A stretch of DNA of 64,000 bases from assembly GCA_973895155.1 (NCBI GenBank), contig OZ316891.1:32021808-32085807 (forward strand), in the 5' to 3' direction. A program made the position numbers and the translations under genes. The stretch's first letter is position 1. Every line of letters begins with the position of its first letter. This document shows positions 1-12,200 of this stretch, piece by piece. This stretch comes from Marsupella aquatica. Taxonomy: Eukaryota; Plantae; Marchantiophyta. The notes under the pieces are model-generated. The model was given only the letters and a program-made list of their open reading frames with translations, had not been told where the DNA came from and made no database searches.

Positions 1-1031
1 TTGGGTGAATCCAGTAACCAGTCCAAACCTTTTAATTTTCCGTTTGCTGGAGCCTCCTCATTTAATAATGAGATGAACTCTCCAGTGAGAGTAGCCAATT
101 CATGTGAGCTGGTGGCCTCATTGCCTGGACAACGACGCATTATATGTCCGAACACAATGTCGCAGAAGGATGCCAAGTCTGTCGCCGCTGCGGGAATATC
201 AAGCTCCACCAGCTCAGAAGAGCGTATTTTCTTGAAAATTACAGGATTGCGAATTGGGAGCGGTACTGGTGTCTGGGACAAAAACTCCGAGAGTTCAAGG
301 GCACTTCGTGGGAGCGTCGGAGGTGGTTCCAACAGTTTCCCAAAATAGCGCTCTCCAGCTTCAGCATCAGCTTTTGCTGCCAAGGACAGGCATTCCTGTG
401 GTGACGGTTTTGCCTTCTTTGAAAGTCGCGCTCCCTCTGCGTACACACCAATCACGAAGTGTTGAAGAGGAAGAGAAAAACAGGAAAGTCATCCAATAAT
501 CACTCGAGCAAGGAGTCTACAAATTTGGCACGATTCCGGCAGAAATGCTTTATCGGTTAGCAAAGCAGGAAGACACAGGACACCTGTAATTGCAAAAGTG
601 CTTTCCAAACAAATGCCAGAGCAAGGGCGACAGCTGCTGTCCATGATACCCTTGATCACTTTTCAGCAAAGAAAACAAAGCAGCAACAGAGGGGTGCTCA
701 AAGGAAAAAACTCAACGAAAAGAGAAACCAGAACAAGAACCAGAAGATACTGACGAGAAACACATTGCTGTGAAATTCAGTTGGAATTACCATCCGTAGA
801 GTTTCGTTTTTGAAGCTGAATTGCCGACTCAACTGCCAGTATCAATCCGCCAGGTGCCTTTGGGAACAGGCGCTGGATTAAGTCTTCGAGGCGCTTTTCC
901 GACATCACTAGCAACGTAGATACTCCGACGCAGTCAAGCCATAGTTTCGCAGCAACGTCTCTCAGTCGTGCTTCGTCAGGAATAGTTCTCCGAAGCAGGT
1001 TCATAATATTTTCTTCTTCACCACTCGCCAT
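1..1031 (-). CDS. 5' part of a spliced gene of unknown product (exon 1 1031-791, intron 790-437, exon 2 436-<1, runs off the window)
   Basis: ATG at 1031 (MASGEEENIMNLL...). Donor G|GTAATT at 790 and pyrimidine-rich acceptor ...TACGCAG| at 437. The phase-1 join gives a stop-free frame (GARLSKKAKPSPQECLSL...LDWLLDSP) to base 1. Confidence 0.6.
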
Positions 1032-1493
1032 TGGATCTTGTAGGCTGAACAATATACTGCTTACTTCTTAAGATATATGCTATGCATAGACAAGACAGCC
1101 ACAGACGCAAGTTATAACAAAAGAAAGCACATACAAATGACAAGCAGAAACGAAACCCCTCGGGTTGACAGAAATCGTAGCAACAGAGGAAGCGACAGAG
1201 GAAAGAGCACACCACAAGGGTGAAAACTACGGTACGAGGCTGTGAAACTCACCATCCACCAAACCCTAGATCACCGAAATCCCAGTCCAAATCCTGCAAC
1301 CGCGCGATGTAAGGCCTTCTGATCCGCAGTCTATCATGACAATCAATTAAACATGCAACGATTCACCACCTCAAAATTTCCAAACCAGACTGCTCGCGAA
1401 TCCGCCACACACTTCAGTCTATGCAGAACCGACCAGTATACCCCGAAGGCTCGGACTCTTATGCCGAGGGCCTCCTCGGTCGGCAGACAAGGA

Positions 1494-1627
1494 GTTGATC
1501 TCGTTCCCGACCAGTTGTGCCTTGTGTAAACCCCCGGGCCTATATTTGAGACCCCCCAATGTTGATCCGTTGCCGACCTGTTGTGCCTTGTGTAACCCCC
1601 TGGCCTATATTTGAGAACCCCTAATGT
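1494..1627. repeat. Two imperfect ~67-bp tandem copies, each with CCTATATTTG, in the intergenic region upstream of the left-edge gene
   Basis: GTTGATC..CCGACC(A/T)GTTGTGCCTTGTGTAA.CCCC..GGCCTATATTTGAGA.CCC..AATGT occurs at ~1494 and ~1561. Confidence 0.7.
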
Positions 1628-2428
1628 ATATGTTTATGGTCCTACCTTACTCCTTAACGAGGTATTGGTACTTGGCCCTCCATTCAGGATCTCCCTTCTC
1701 GAGGCAAATCTTGCCCTCCATTCGGGATCGCCCTTCACGATGCAAATCTTGGTCCTTCATTCAGGCTGCTCTACCCGCGGCCAATCTGGACCGTCCATTC
1801 AGGGTGCTCAATCCGCAGCTAATCTCCGCCCTCCATTTAAAAATGAACGGCCAGATTGTTAGGGTTTAGGGTGTTCCTGCATCACCATCCAACGGACAGC
1901 TGCTATTGGACGGCCCAGATTTTGTTCGCCGGTGGTTTCCTGGGCGGGCGTTACTTAATCTAGGAGAGCAGCAGGATGCGGCCACTTCCCATTTCACTTT
2001 CTGGAAACGCCGTCAGGTTGGAAGTTTGTCGTCTGTGCAGGAGCCATTTCCATCTCGGCCGGGATGAGCTTTCTCTTGCATTCTAGTCATTCTCCTTCGT
2101 GCCTCTCATTCCGTGTTCATCGAGAGCTTGAGTAGATTCGGGTGTTTTGTCTAGGCTCGAGACGACCGGCTGTGGTGAATGTGGGTGCGGCTGTGAGTTG
2201 ACTGTTGGAGCACAACTCAACTTTGAGTGGCCTGATTTTTATTTCTCTTTCCATATCAATTGCTTTGGATGTATGCCATCTTTTTGAATGCGTGCCATAC
2301 TTGTTTTATTATATGCTTATGTCGGTCATTCTAATGAACATTTGCCGCTCTATTTGGAATCTGTTAATGTTGATGCTGAACATGACTGCTGAAGGTTTTT
2401 CTCTTGTGTTACTCCCGTTCTGACCTAT

Positions 2429-5400
2429 TGTGATGCCTAGACAGGAATCACTCGGCCAGTTAAGTGGGTAAAGCAGGAAGGCACCCTAGGAACACCTTAG
2501 TATAGGGACAAAACAAGGAAAATATAAACCATTAGGGGCAACCATGGAACCCGGGCCGAGGCCGGAGGTAAGGACGCTGAGGGTGAAAACTCGATTAGGG
2601 TTAGGGCGCGTTAAGCGTCGGCGGCTAGGAAGGATCAACGGGAAGAAGGACCGGCAGAGGAGAGGGGTAAGGAGCGCTTGCAGGAGATGGTGGCTCATTT
2701 GCGAGCACTAACTAGGCAGACGACTACGGGAGGCCAACTACTGTCAGCTGCTTAGGCAAGCACTCGGGGGGAGAGTAGATACCGACGATCGACCTAAGGA
2801 GGGTATGAGCAACGTCAATCAAGCGGCACATTTCTGGGGATGCCTGTTCGAACGGGCAACTGAGTACATCAAGACTTACGAGGACGAGGAATCAGAAAGG
2901 GCAGCTCGAGAACGGCAGGAGCTCGCTCGATTGTGGGAGCTGCAGAAGACGGCTTTCTTAGGAGGCGAACTCATCAAGGACGAGTTCCTGTGGACGCCTA
3001 CCTCCAATCAACTCGACGATCTTCTGTTTTGCAAAGACAGCATCGTCGGCATCCGAGAGGCCATCAAGAACTGCAACGACATACACTGGGAATTAAAGGG
3101 TAGCATGAAAAGGTGGACCCAGGCAACGGTGCTAGGAGAAACCTCCATGGCAGCAGAGATGAAGAGGAAGGGAGCCGTCAACGATGAAGCCACCCCGGCA
3201 AAAAGAACGAGGTCGGCGGCACCAAAGAAGCCAGCCGAGCAGCAGAGCAGGAGGCAGGGAGAAGCCGAAGAGGAGGAGGTCGATCCCATCAAGGCCATTC
3301 CAACCAGGGATGACACCTGGAAGGGCTGGGCGGCAACCCTACCGGTGGAAGTGCAACTACATTTTGCACGGGAGGAGGATGCATGCTTTACGGCAATGCA
3401 GACCAAGAAGTATCAAGGCTTCATGGCCGGATCCGGCTTAGAGGCCTTTGTAAGATTACCATGGCTGAAGCCGGAGGTACCGGAGTCAGACCTATTAGAA
3501 TTCGTGGGGTCATGGGAACCCAAGACCAATTGCACGAGGATATATGGGAAGGATTTCTATCTTACTCCCAAGGTAATTGCCGAAGTGTTTGGCTTGCCGA
3601 TAGGCAATAAGACCAAAGTTGATACCAGGAAGACCTTGCCTGACAAGGAGTTCCGGTCGTTCCCCGGGCCATCAACGAAGAATGGCTTCTTCCGGAACAC
3701 CTGCACCAACCCGCACATAGGAGAGATGATCGACTTCTTGCGGGTGACCATGCATTGTAACTTGCCGAGGGCAGAGATCGGCAAGGCACAGGTCTATCTG
3801 GCAGAAAGGCCAGACCCAAGCCGGGACTACAACGGGTACCTCCTCAACCAATTGAAGAAGATCTTAAAGGAGGAGCAACAGGTAATCGGCATGGGGAGCG
3901 TGTCGCGGCTTGGCTATCACATGCCGCTGTTGTGCCGGTATGCCAGAGGTCAGACTTTTGCCCCGGTACTTCCCCTGCAAGTAAGGGCACCCAAGGAAGC
4001 TCCAACGCCGAGGCCGTTGGCTGAGAAGCCTCAACCACCTGTTAGCCCTACGATCGAGCAGGTGTTTAGACCCAGGAAGGAGGACTTGCCGATGCAGCAA
4101 CCAGGCATGCAGAGTCTGCTGAAACTACTGGAGAAAGAAAAGAAATCGGCATCGGCAACAACAACGGCAACGGCAACAATGCAGGACACTACTACAGAGG
4201 TAGGCCTACACCGGCTCACAAGAGAAAACCCCTTTGCTGGAGACAAGGAGAGAATCAGGCTGGAATCCAAGCCAGGTGTTCGAATGTATGTGGGAATCTC
4301 AAGCTCCGAATCTGAGGCAGAATGATCTGAAGCTCCTACCGACGAAGAGGAGAGGGAGAAGCCGGACGTCCAAGAAGTAGAGGAGGCAGTGGAGGACTGC
4401 AGCCATGATAATTCTGGCTATGGGTCGGACCATCACGTTCCAGGAGTAAGGACCTGTGGCCGGTTTGTCCCCACACTTCCAAGGGTAGTACGAGGGGACC
4501 CCAACCAGCAGAGTAGCCCTGAGTCTCCCCCACCAGATGTTGCTCCCCCGAGCTTCGACGGCATAAAACAGACGGTGCAGGAATTTCAGGAGCGAATCAG
4601 GCAGGAAGAGGAGGCAGCCCTGGCTAGGGAAAAGGATTTACCAGGAGGAGATTGGCCGGAGGACATCAGGCGGCTAGCCAAAAAAGAAAGCAAACCTCTA
4701 GCCACGATTGAAGAGATCCGCAAGACGGCTTGGGAGCAGAGGCCGCGATGGGCGATGCCGATCACTTCTACTTACTCCACCTACGCTAAGAATAGAGCCA
4801 TGGAGTATGGTGAGATGTGTGGGGAACTTGCGCTCGGCATCTTTGGGGAGGAGTTGGAGGTAGGACCCTTTTTCCATAGGGAGCAATTGGAGAAGCACCA
4901 ATTAGAAGAAGCGGTGGCTTTAGAGAGAAGCAAGAAGGACGAGGTCATTCGGCGGCTTAGGAGGATGGAAGCCGAGATTGAAGATCTAAGGGTGGCCAAG
5001 AAAGCCCAAGATGAACTGCGGATTAAACGGCATGAGCTGAACATCATGCAGGGGCAGTTGGACACCGCGCAGGTTGAGAATCAGAATATCAAGGATAAAC
5101 TGACTCAGACGCAGGGAGAGTTGGCCGACACGATCAAAGAGAGGGAGAAGTGGAAGCAAGAGCTGAAGAATACAGAGGAGGCCCACATAACAGCCAACAG
5201 CCGGGCCATGGCGGAGACCCAAAGAAAGGAATGGGCGTTGAAGGGGGAGCTCGAGAAAATCCGCGGAGCCCTTGAGCAGAAGGAGGCCGAGTTAGGGAAA
5301 TCCTATCAAGGGATTATGGCGCTGCAGCAGGAGCTTGCGTCCCTGACGGCCAGCTTCAAGGCCGACCTCAGGGAGAAGGATGAGATGCTCGATCAGACTT

Positions 5401-7091
5401 ACGCCAAGATGAACTAGATGGAGTCTGTCATCATTGCAGAGCTCGACAAGGAGCTAAGAGCAACCCGGGAGGAGAGGACTACCTTGAAACAAGAACGGGA
5501 GGAAGCCCAGAAGGAACTAGAGGACGCACGCAAGGACCTGGATGAGACCCAGGAGGAGTTGGAGGAAATCATGAGGAAGATGGAGAACCTCCAGCGGCGG
5601 GCCGACAACCAAATGGAGCGGCTGAAGAAACAAGCCGCAGTATTTAAGTGCTTGTCTTCATCAGGCCCAACTCCAATTGGGGCAACCAAGTTACCAGGAG
5701 TGGTACTGGCCGAAGAAAAAGCCGCGCCACCTACACCAGTGCCGGAAGTAAGTGGGAAGGGGAAGGGACCAGCTGCCGAACCAGAAAAGAAGAAAAAGCG
5801 GAAACCTTCAGGGTCAAGGATTAATCCGACTCCACAAGCCGTGGTGACCAGGGAGGTAGAACCAGCACCATCCTCCGGCATGAATACGGCAATAGATCCC
5901 GCTATCATCACAGGTGGGGGTGGTGCGGCCCAAGCCGAACTACTCAGTAATGAGGCCGGTATTCCAGATCCGCCTCTTGAGCAGGCCGGGGAGACCATAG
6001 CCGAGGCTGAGGCCGTAACCGATTCCCGAGCCGATGCCGACGCCGATGGTGGACCCAGTCAGGCCGATGGAGAGTTGACTCAGTCAAGGGCAGGTAATCT
6101 GTCAGAGAATGAACCTACGGCAGTGGCTGAGGAGGAAGCGTTGGGGGCGTCCATTAAGGATCCTCCACCGGTGTCGTGACGGCGCAAGGGCGCCGTTCCT
6201 TTTAGGGAGGGCGGACGTGGAGGGAGGAGGCGTGAGTGGGCAGGGCGGGCGCTGATCTCCAAGTTTAGGATTAGGATCAGGACCAGGAGCGGCCCTGACA
6301 CTTAGCTTAGTGGGATTGCGGTTCCACTGGTAGGAGCAACACTTGTGCTCCTGCCTTGCTGTACATAGGTAGATTCGGGCAAGTAAATTACTGTTAGGTA
6401 GATTAGGCTTACGATGCAAAGAATGGCGGATCCACTACCAGGATAAGTACCTGGGCAGCGGGGAGCTCAGGGCCTCTTCTTTAGCAAGTTTTTAGTTTGC
6501 ACCAGCCGGGCTGGGATCAAGTAGTACGAGAAGCTCTCGGTTAGTCATACAGTGACCCTTGTGTATATTCATGTTTCCTCATGCCTAAGAGCTGAATAGA
6601 GTTGGCCTCACGGCTTAGTTCGCAGAGCTTGTGTATGAGATGTACTGTTTGTATGGCAAGTGCATGGTATGACTTAGTCAGAATGAGTCATTTTGCTATT
6701 TGTGTGTCGCATTAACTTGTGTGAAGAGTGCCCACATCAACCAAAAGGAAGGAAAGTAAGCAGGGGAGTGAGAGTTGGATGTGTCGAGCTGAGAGAGGTC
6801 TTAGCGGCTTAACCAAGCCTATTGGGGATCATTCCGGCGGCGGAATCCAAACATACCTAACAAGACGGAGGGGAAGACAGGGGAAGGCCTAGATTAGGCC
6901 GGCTACGTATCTCATGACCCGATAAAGGATCTGTCCAGTATATGTGTGTAAAATGTTAACAGTAGTAGTAGAAGGTTAGCAGCGTCCCATGCCGCTAAGC
7001 CGCGGAAACGGCCTCGCCAAGCGCGAAACCTACGGGAATCGGCTTGAGCTGGGGGGTTTCTTGGGTTTAGGGAGCCATGGGACGCACCACA
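2429..7091 (+). mobile_element. Solo LTR, family A (4663 bp), protein-coding
   Basis: Termini TGTGATGC...GCACCACA form an imperfect inverted repeat. Perfect 5-bp TSD CCTAT at 2424-2428 and 7092-7096. No gag/pol inside. A second copy lies inverted from 61731. Strand is inferred from the hairpin motif at 6831-6846. Confidence 0.9.
2805..6179 (+). pseudogene. LTR-embedded ORF of ~1124 codons with two in-frame stops: plant-transposon/Athila-ORF-like domain, long coiled coil and low-complexity tail
   Basis: Track ORFs 2805-4325, 4389-5417 and 5418-6179 are in one frame, separated only by TGA 4323-4325 and TAG 5415-5417. The paralog at 62652-63977 has CAG (Q) at the TAG site. Motif GLEAFVRLPW...LLEFV...TRIYGKDFYLTPKVIAEVFGLP. 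Confidence 0.8.
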
Positions 7092-7527
7092 CCTATGTTG
7101 CCGTTGTGTAGCAATAAGATCTAGTGGAGTAAGGACAAAGTCGCTCAATGATGCCTCCGAAAACATTCCAAGGTGTTTTGACTGTTTTCTTGCATTTGGT
7201 TTTGTTCAGTACTCCCTCTGCGTTCGGGGCCGCTTCAGTTGTAGACTACTAGGGGTTGCTTGACACTCGTTCATCTCTTCCCTTGTAGGACTCATCTTGA
7301 ATCGTTACAGACCCAAAACGAGGCTTCGGCTAACTGATCAATGCTTTCCCCATGAATGATGAAGCAGAGATCGCCAGAGAGCTTGCACCTTTGATGCAAG
7401 TGGAGTTTGATAGTTTAAACATCAGTGCGAGAGGAGCTTAATAAGGGTTTAATGATTGCCAGCCAGATTCCAGATTCCATACCAGAATTTGAACTCCCAG
7501 AATTGCTAGATAATTTATTTGATTGTG

Positions 7528-9282
7528 CCACGGATCGTACTCGGAGAGGTGGTGGGACTCTGCTACCTCCGGTATGAGGCACGTCCTCATTAAGAACCCA
7601 TTGTCCACTACCCCCTCGGCCAGGAAGCTAGAGGACTGGTATTTAGCTCCCTTGCCCCCAGGAGCCCGCGACTCTACTCAGTTTATCCCCTTGGGTAAGC
7701 CCAAAATCATTTTCAGACGTGCCTCATTGAGACACATCACTCTCCCGTGCGCTCGGGTTTGTTGACGAGCCTCGTTGAAGTTCTGAATGAACTCAGTCAT
7801 ATCCTGCCCGTAGTACCTGTTTCCGTTCCAAGGGAGAGAGGCAAGGTGCTCAAACCCTTGGGTCTTCAGATAGCATGCATGCTTGGGGTGGAGGATGTTC
7901 TTGTGAACATTGTCCCCCATGCGATGCATGGTCAGCTTGGCTACCGCAACCGTGGCCAAAGGCAACCCGGATACGGCTGCGGGTTCCTTCCTCTTCCTAC
8001 CCCGAGACTGATTCCCGGGGTGACTAGAAGAAGGGGACATCTCTCCTTCCTCTCGGTCAGGTGGTGGTAGCGCAACTGCCGTGAGTATTGGTGTCGGGGC
8101 CGCTAGAGTTACCGTGTTATCCCCTCGGGCTTGCTGGAGTGATGCTGGGTTGTTTGGCGCTTGTTGAGTCGTACCCCGCGGCCGTCGATTTAGGGGAGGG
8201 TGAGCCTCCTCGTCTTTGGAGCTAATATTCACCGCATTCACCATGGATCGTACTCGGAGAGGTGGTGGGACCGGTGGCGGGGACCGGTTCGGTTGAGGCC
8301 AAGGAGGTGTAGGTGCGGGTATGGGCACGGGTTGGCCGGCACTGGTCGTTGATGGTAGAGTTGCCATGAAGTTCTGCAGGTGCCAGTGGAGGTTTTCCAA
8401 AGCAAGTGTAGACGGCCTTGTCGACCGGATAGTGTTGAACTCGCTGTTGATGATAGCCCGGACCCAAGCAGGGATGTGGTCAAAGTGGTGCCGCTGCAAG
8501 TTGATCATGCCCGGGAGAGTGAAGACCACATCCGGGAGCCAAAGCAATGCTTCCCAGAAGCCGATGTATTTTCCCCCGTCGTAGAAGTACCCTGATACTT
8601 CTTCGGGTTGGTAAAGCTCGCTCTGGGATGGGTAATCAAAGTTAAGGAGATAGTGGTGTCGGCCTGCTAAGCGGATGGCTCTCTCGTATTCGCGTTCGAT
8701 TTTGTATCGGCGCGGGTTGGCGTGTTTTAATGAGTCGGCCAAGTGCCCTCCGATAGACAGGAACTGTGTCCAGAATCGTATGGCCAAACTGGAAAGGATC
8801 ATGTGCGACATTCAGAGGAGATAGCAGGTGACTAAGGATAAGCGAGAGAGCTGGAGTCGAAGCTGGCGCGTGGACTGAAGAACTGGTGCACTGCAAAGGA
8901 TCGGCCCCCCTTTATACCCTGAGATCTTGTCGATCGCCCGATGCCTCCTCGTCGCTTATAGGCCGAGCCTTTCACGCTCGCAGTGTACCGGCCACTTTGC
9001 CGGTCCGGGTCAGCTTGTGTCAGTGGCCGCCTCCCGGAGTTCGTTATACGGTCCCGAGGGGGGGGAAGGGGGCCCATTACACGCTCGCAACCCGGGCATG
9101 CGAATGGCAACCTGCCGCCAGCCCGAACATGAATTCCCCTTATTGACTAATGATTTCCTACTCATAATGGCTACCTAAATACTGTCGTTATGCTAATAAT
9201 AACAATCTAAGATACCCCTAACGCGCATGCTAAGCATGGTTAGACCGAATCACTCATTACCCACCGTATCAGCGGCGTCACA
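7528..9282 (-). mobile_element. Truncated LTR fragment (family F) carrying a homolog of the family-A LTR ORF
   Basis: Minus-strand start TGTGACGCC at 9282, the same first 9 nt as the family-D LTR. A TATA-like GGGTATAAAGGGG lies at ~8910-8920 upstream of the ORF. The other end is missing. Confidence 0.6.
7559..8811 (-). pseudogene. LTR-borne ORF (377 aa plus in-frame continuation past a TGA), homologous to the 2805-6179 protein
   Basis: FEHLASLPW...MTEFIQNFNEARQQTRAHGRVMCLNEARLKMILGLPKG aligns with LEAFVRLPW...LLEFVGSWEPKTNCTRIYGKDFYLTPKVIAEVFGLPIG. After the stop at 7678-7680 the frame continues DNGFLMRTCLIPEVAE, matching KNGFFRNTCTNPHIGE. Confidence 0.7.
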
Positions 9283-12200
9283 CAATACGCCATCCAAGCG
9301 ACGCAAGATTCAGGACGCACTGCCACCAGTAAGCATAAAAAATATAACCATTTGGAAATGCCTTCGCTCGAAGACTACATCCGACAATGACTCTAATCCA
9401 TCACTTGCTGCAATTATTGACGACGTCAATACGCGATCCAAGCAACGCAAGATTCAAGATGCAGAAGGGAATTTGGAGGTGGCGAGCATAGTAAAGAACC
9501 AGATTGAAGGCCAACGACAGGAATTCTCGAAGGCCAATGCTTCCCGACCAAAATACCGACCCAACAATAATGCAAAAGGGAATTTGAAGGTGACAAGCAC
9601 ATTAAGGAACCAGATTGAAGGCTGGTACAGGAATTCTAGAAGCATTGACCAAGCTTTGTTTCCTTTGTATTTCTCACGAACCTAATTGAATGGTGACACT
9701 TTTGATGCTAACGGAGTCCAATGGTTTCAACATGAACGTTATAGCTGCAAAAGACTTTAATTGGAAATGTTATGGGAGTGCGAGATTACAAGTGAGTCAC
9801 CATGAATGCTAGTGGTGTATCACTAGTAGAAACCGGGGCATTTCGTGACCAGACCACTTGTGACTGGGGTGACCACGCAAGTGCAACCTTTGAACATCAG
9901 TCTTATTTTTGAGACGCCATAAGACTAGATAGTCATAAGTAGTCATGTTTATGACTACTTAAGACCATTGAACTTTTTAAAAATCTTGATCTATTGAATG
10001 AGTCATTCAAGTATGACTACATAGTCATACTTAGTCAACATATGACAATGGCCAATAGTAAGCCAAGTCCAATTTAGTCAACAAAATTGACTTGTCCATT
10101 AATTTTCATTGTGGCCATTGAACACTTTTTAAAATAATGTAGTGCCATATGCCTGGTTAGAGGATATTTACCCGATCCCATACACATTCTGAGCCATGGG
10201 ATTACGCTTTACATAGCCATTGACTGAACTATATGCAAGGGGCATAAGGGTTTGCTAGGGAGGCTTTTTTGTGGTTTTGTGTTACATGAAGTGCAGTTTA
10301 GGCCTAACTCATCCACATGCATGTAACCCTTCCTGCCAAAGTTTAGGGGGGGTTGTAGCAAGACACCTAAAGGGGGTTTAGGGGGGGTTTTAGCAAGACA
10401 CCTAAAGGGGGTTTAGGGGGGTTATATCACAAGGGTGGGGGGGGGGTTATATCGATCTCAAGGGGGAGGGGGTTTAATCGGAGGACATGCACCATTGGAT
10501 GGAGTTGATCGCCACCATCAGGTCAAACTTTTCCGTTCCCGCGTCCCGTTTAGTCGCACGTCCCGTTTAGTCACACATGTCTGAGCTTCCTTCGATCGGG
10601 TCCCGGGAGAGTTTGCAGACACCACTTGAGGCGGAAGTGCATCCTTGCGGTTGGCTAAGGTGCGCATTTCCTTCACTTTCCCTCGATGTTTACGAGCTCA
10701 TTGTGGTGGTGTGGGTCCCGTCCATGCGTGCTCCCATTGTTGTGGCTTCCATCGCTGCGTGCTGGACACATTTAAGTCTTCCATTGCAAGTAGAGCGCAT
10801 TTGCAGCTGCTTCAAGGGAGGTGATCACTACTGCTGTGGAAGGAGGGAGTCAGTCGGGAGTTTCGCTACTGCTGCGGAAGGCACTGCACAAGCTTTACTA
10901 ATGCGGGACCTGTGTGGGAGGCGTAATAAAAGACTTAGGATCAAAGCCCGATGCTATCTAATCTCATTGCTTAGGGTGAAGTCTACTGCTATCCTTCTCT
11001 TCCAAGCGTATTGTGAGCTCAAACAACGTACGTGGGATTCCTGTGGTCTTACCGTTCAAGCTGCGACCAGTCTCAGGAGCAGCTCCTCAATCATCCCGGG
11101 CATTGGAGCTTAGTGAACTATAAGTGCGTGCATACCCTTCCAGCTGCGTCTTTTACTAAGGAGCTCATCAATCTTCTTGGGCATTGGAGTTGAAGTTATA
11201 GTTGAAGCCAAACCTTATTCAGTTCTTGGTGGGCATGAGAACTGAGCGCACAACGCACATTAGCAGCAACAAGGTCCAGGGACCATTTTTGTAGTTGCAA
11301 GTAGTGACGGTTTTGCTTTGGGAGTTGGGAGCTCCTACGAAGGAGGTCAGCTGAACAAGCCTCATTGCTATTGGGAGTTGGCATTGGCAAGGAGGGCGAA
11401 GGGAACGGATTGGCAGCTGCAAGCTACATTGGAGTTGTTGCAACTAACTCAGGACATTGCAAGGGTGTGTTTCGGGTGAGTTTTTGGTTGAAGAACCGGG
11501 AAGAGCCTGCGGTTTGCCATCAAGGAGCTGTAGTTGGAGACCGGCCCTCGTACCTGCATTCTTCCATCCAGCACATGGGTGAGCGAAAGTCCATTTTTAT
11601 CTCTCATTGTTTTTCTCCGACTCGTGCTTTGATCCAATGTATGTATTGCTGCTATGTCACCCTGTGAAGAGAGACTGGACATTGTAGCTACTCATTCTTG
11701 ATCATGTCATCAGGCATAGGACCTCAACTACGACGGAAAGATACCACATTCTGTGGGATCGATAGGACTGTTGTGCCTTGCGACATCGGTCACAGTGTGA
11801 GGAAAGGAGCAAGTTCACTACATTGCAGACGTCCAAGTGGCTCTATGCTTTGCTTTTATCAACCTACGACCGGCCAGCTGCGCGCTGCGATTTCAGTTTA
11901 GGGTGGTCTTTGGAGCTTCACATTTTCCCCGAACACACAGGTGCCTTCCTCTGTCTCTTCTACTATAGCTCTGTCTTGTGCTTTCATCGAAGCCCCTTGC
12001 AATCGGATGTTGAATGTGAAGACAAGACTGATTGTTGACACTGTACTGAATGCTAAGCCTCCTCTAAATCAATTCTGAGATGGGACTGAATGTTGAGATT
12101 CATGTTAGGTTTTTTGTGGTCGGAACACTCTGCGAAGCATTTCAATATATATGCATCCGAGTTCCCAATAAGTATTGACAGCCATCGCAGTCTAAAGTGG

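Noticed and set aside
2805-6179. Three separate genes, or programmed stop-codon readthrough
   Set aside because: All parts are in one frame and the paralog has a sense codon at the TAG, so simple nonsense mutation is more parsimonious. The TGA site cannot be checked in this window.
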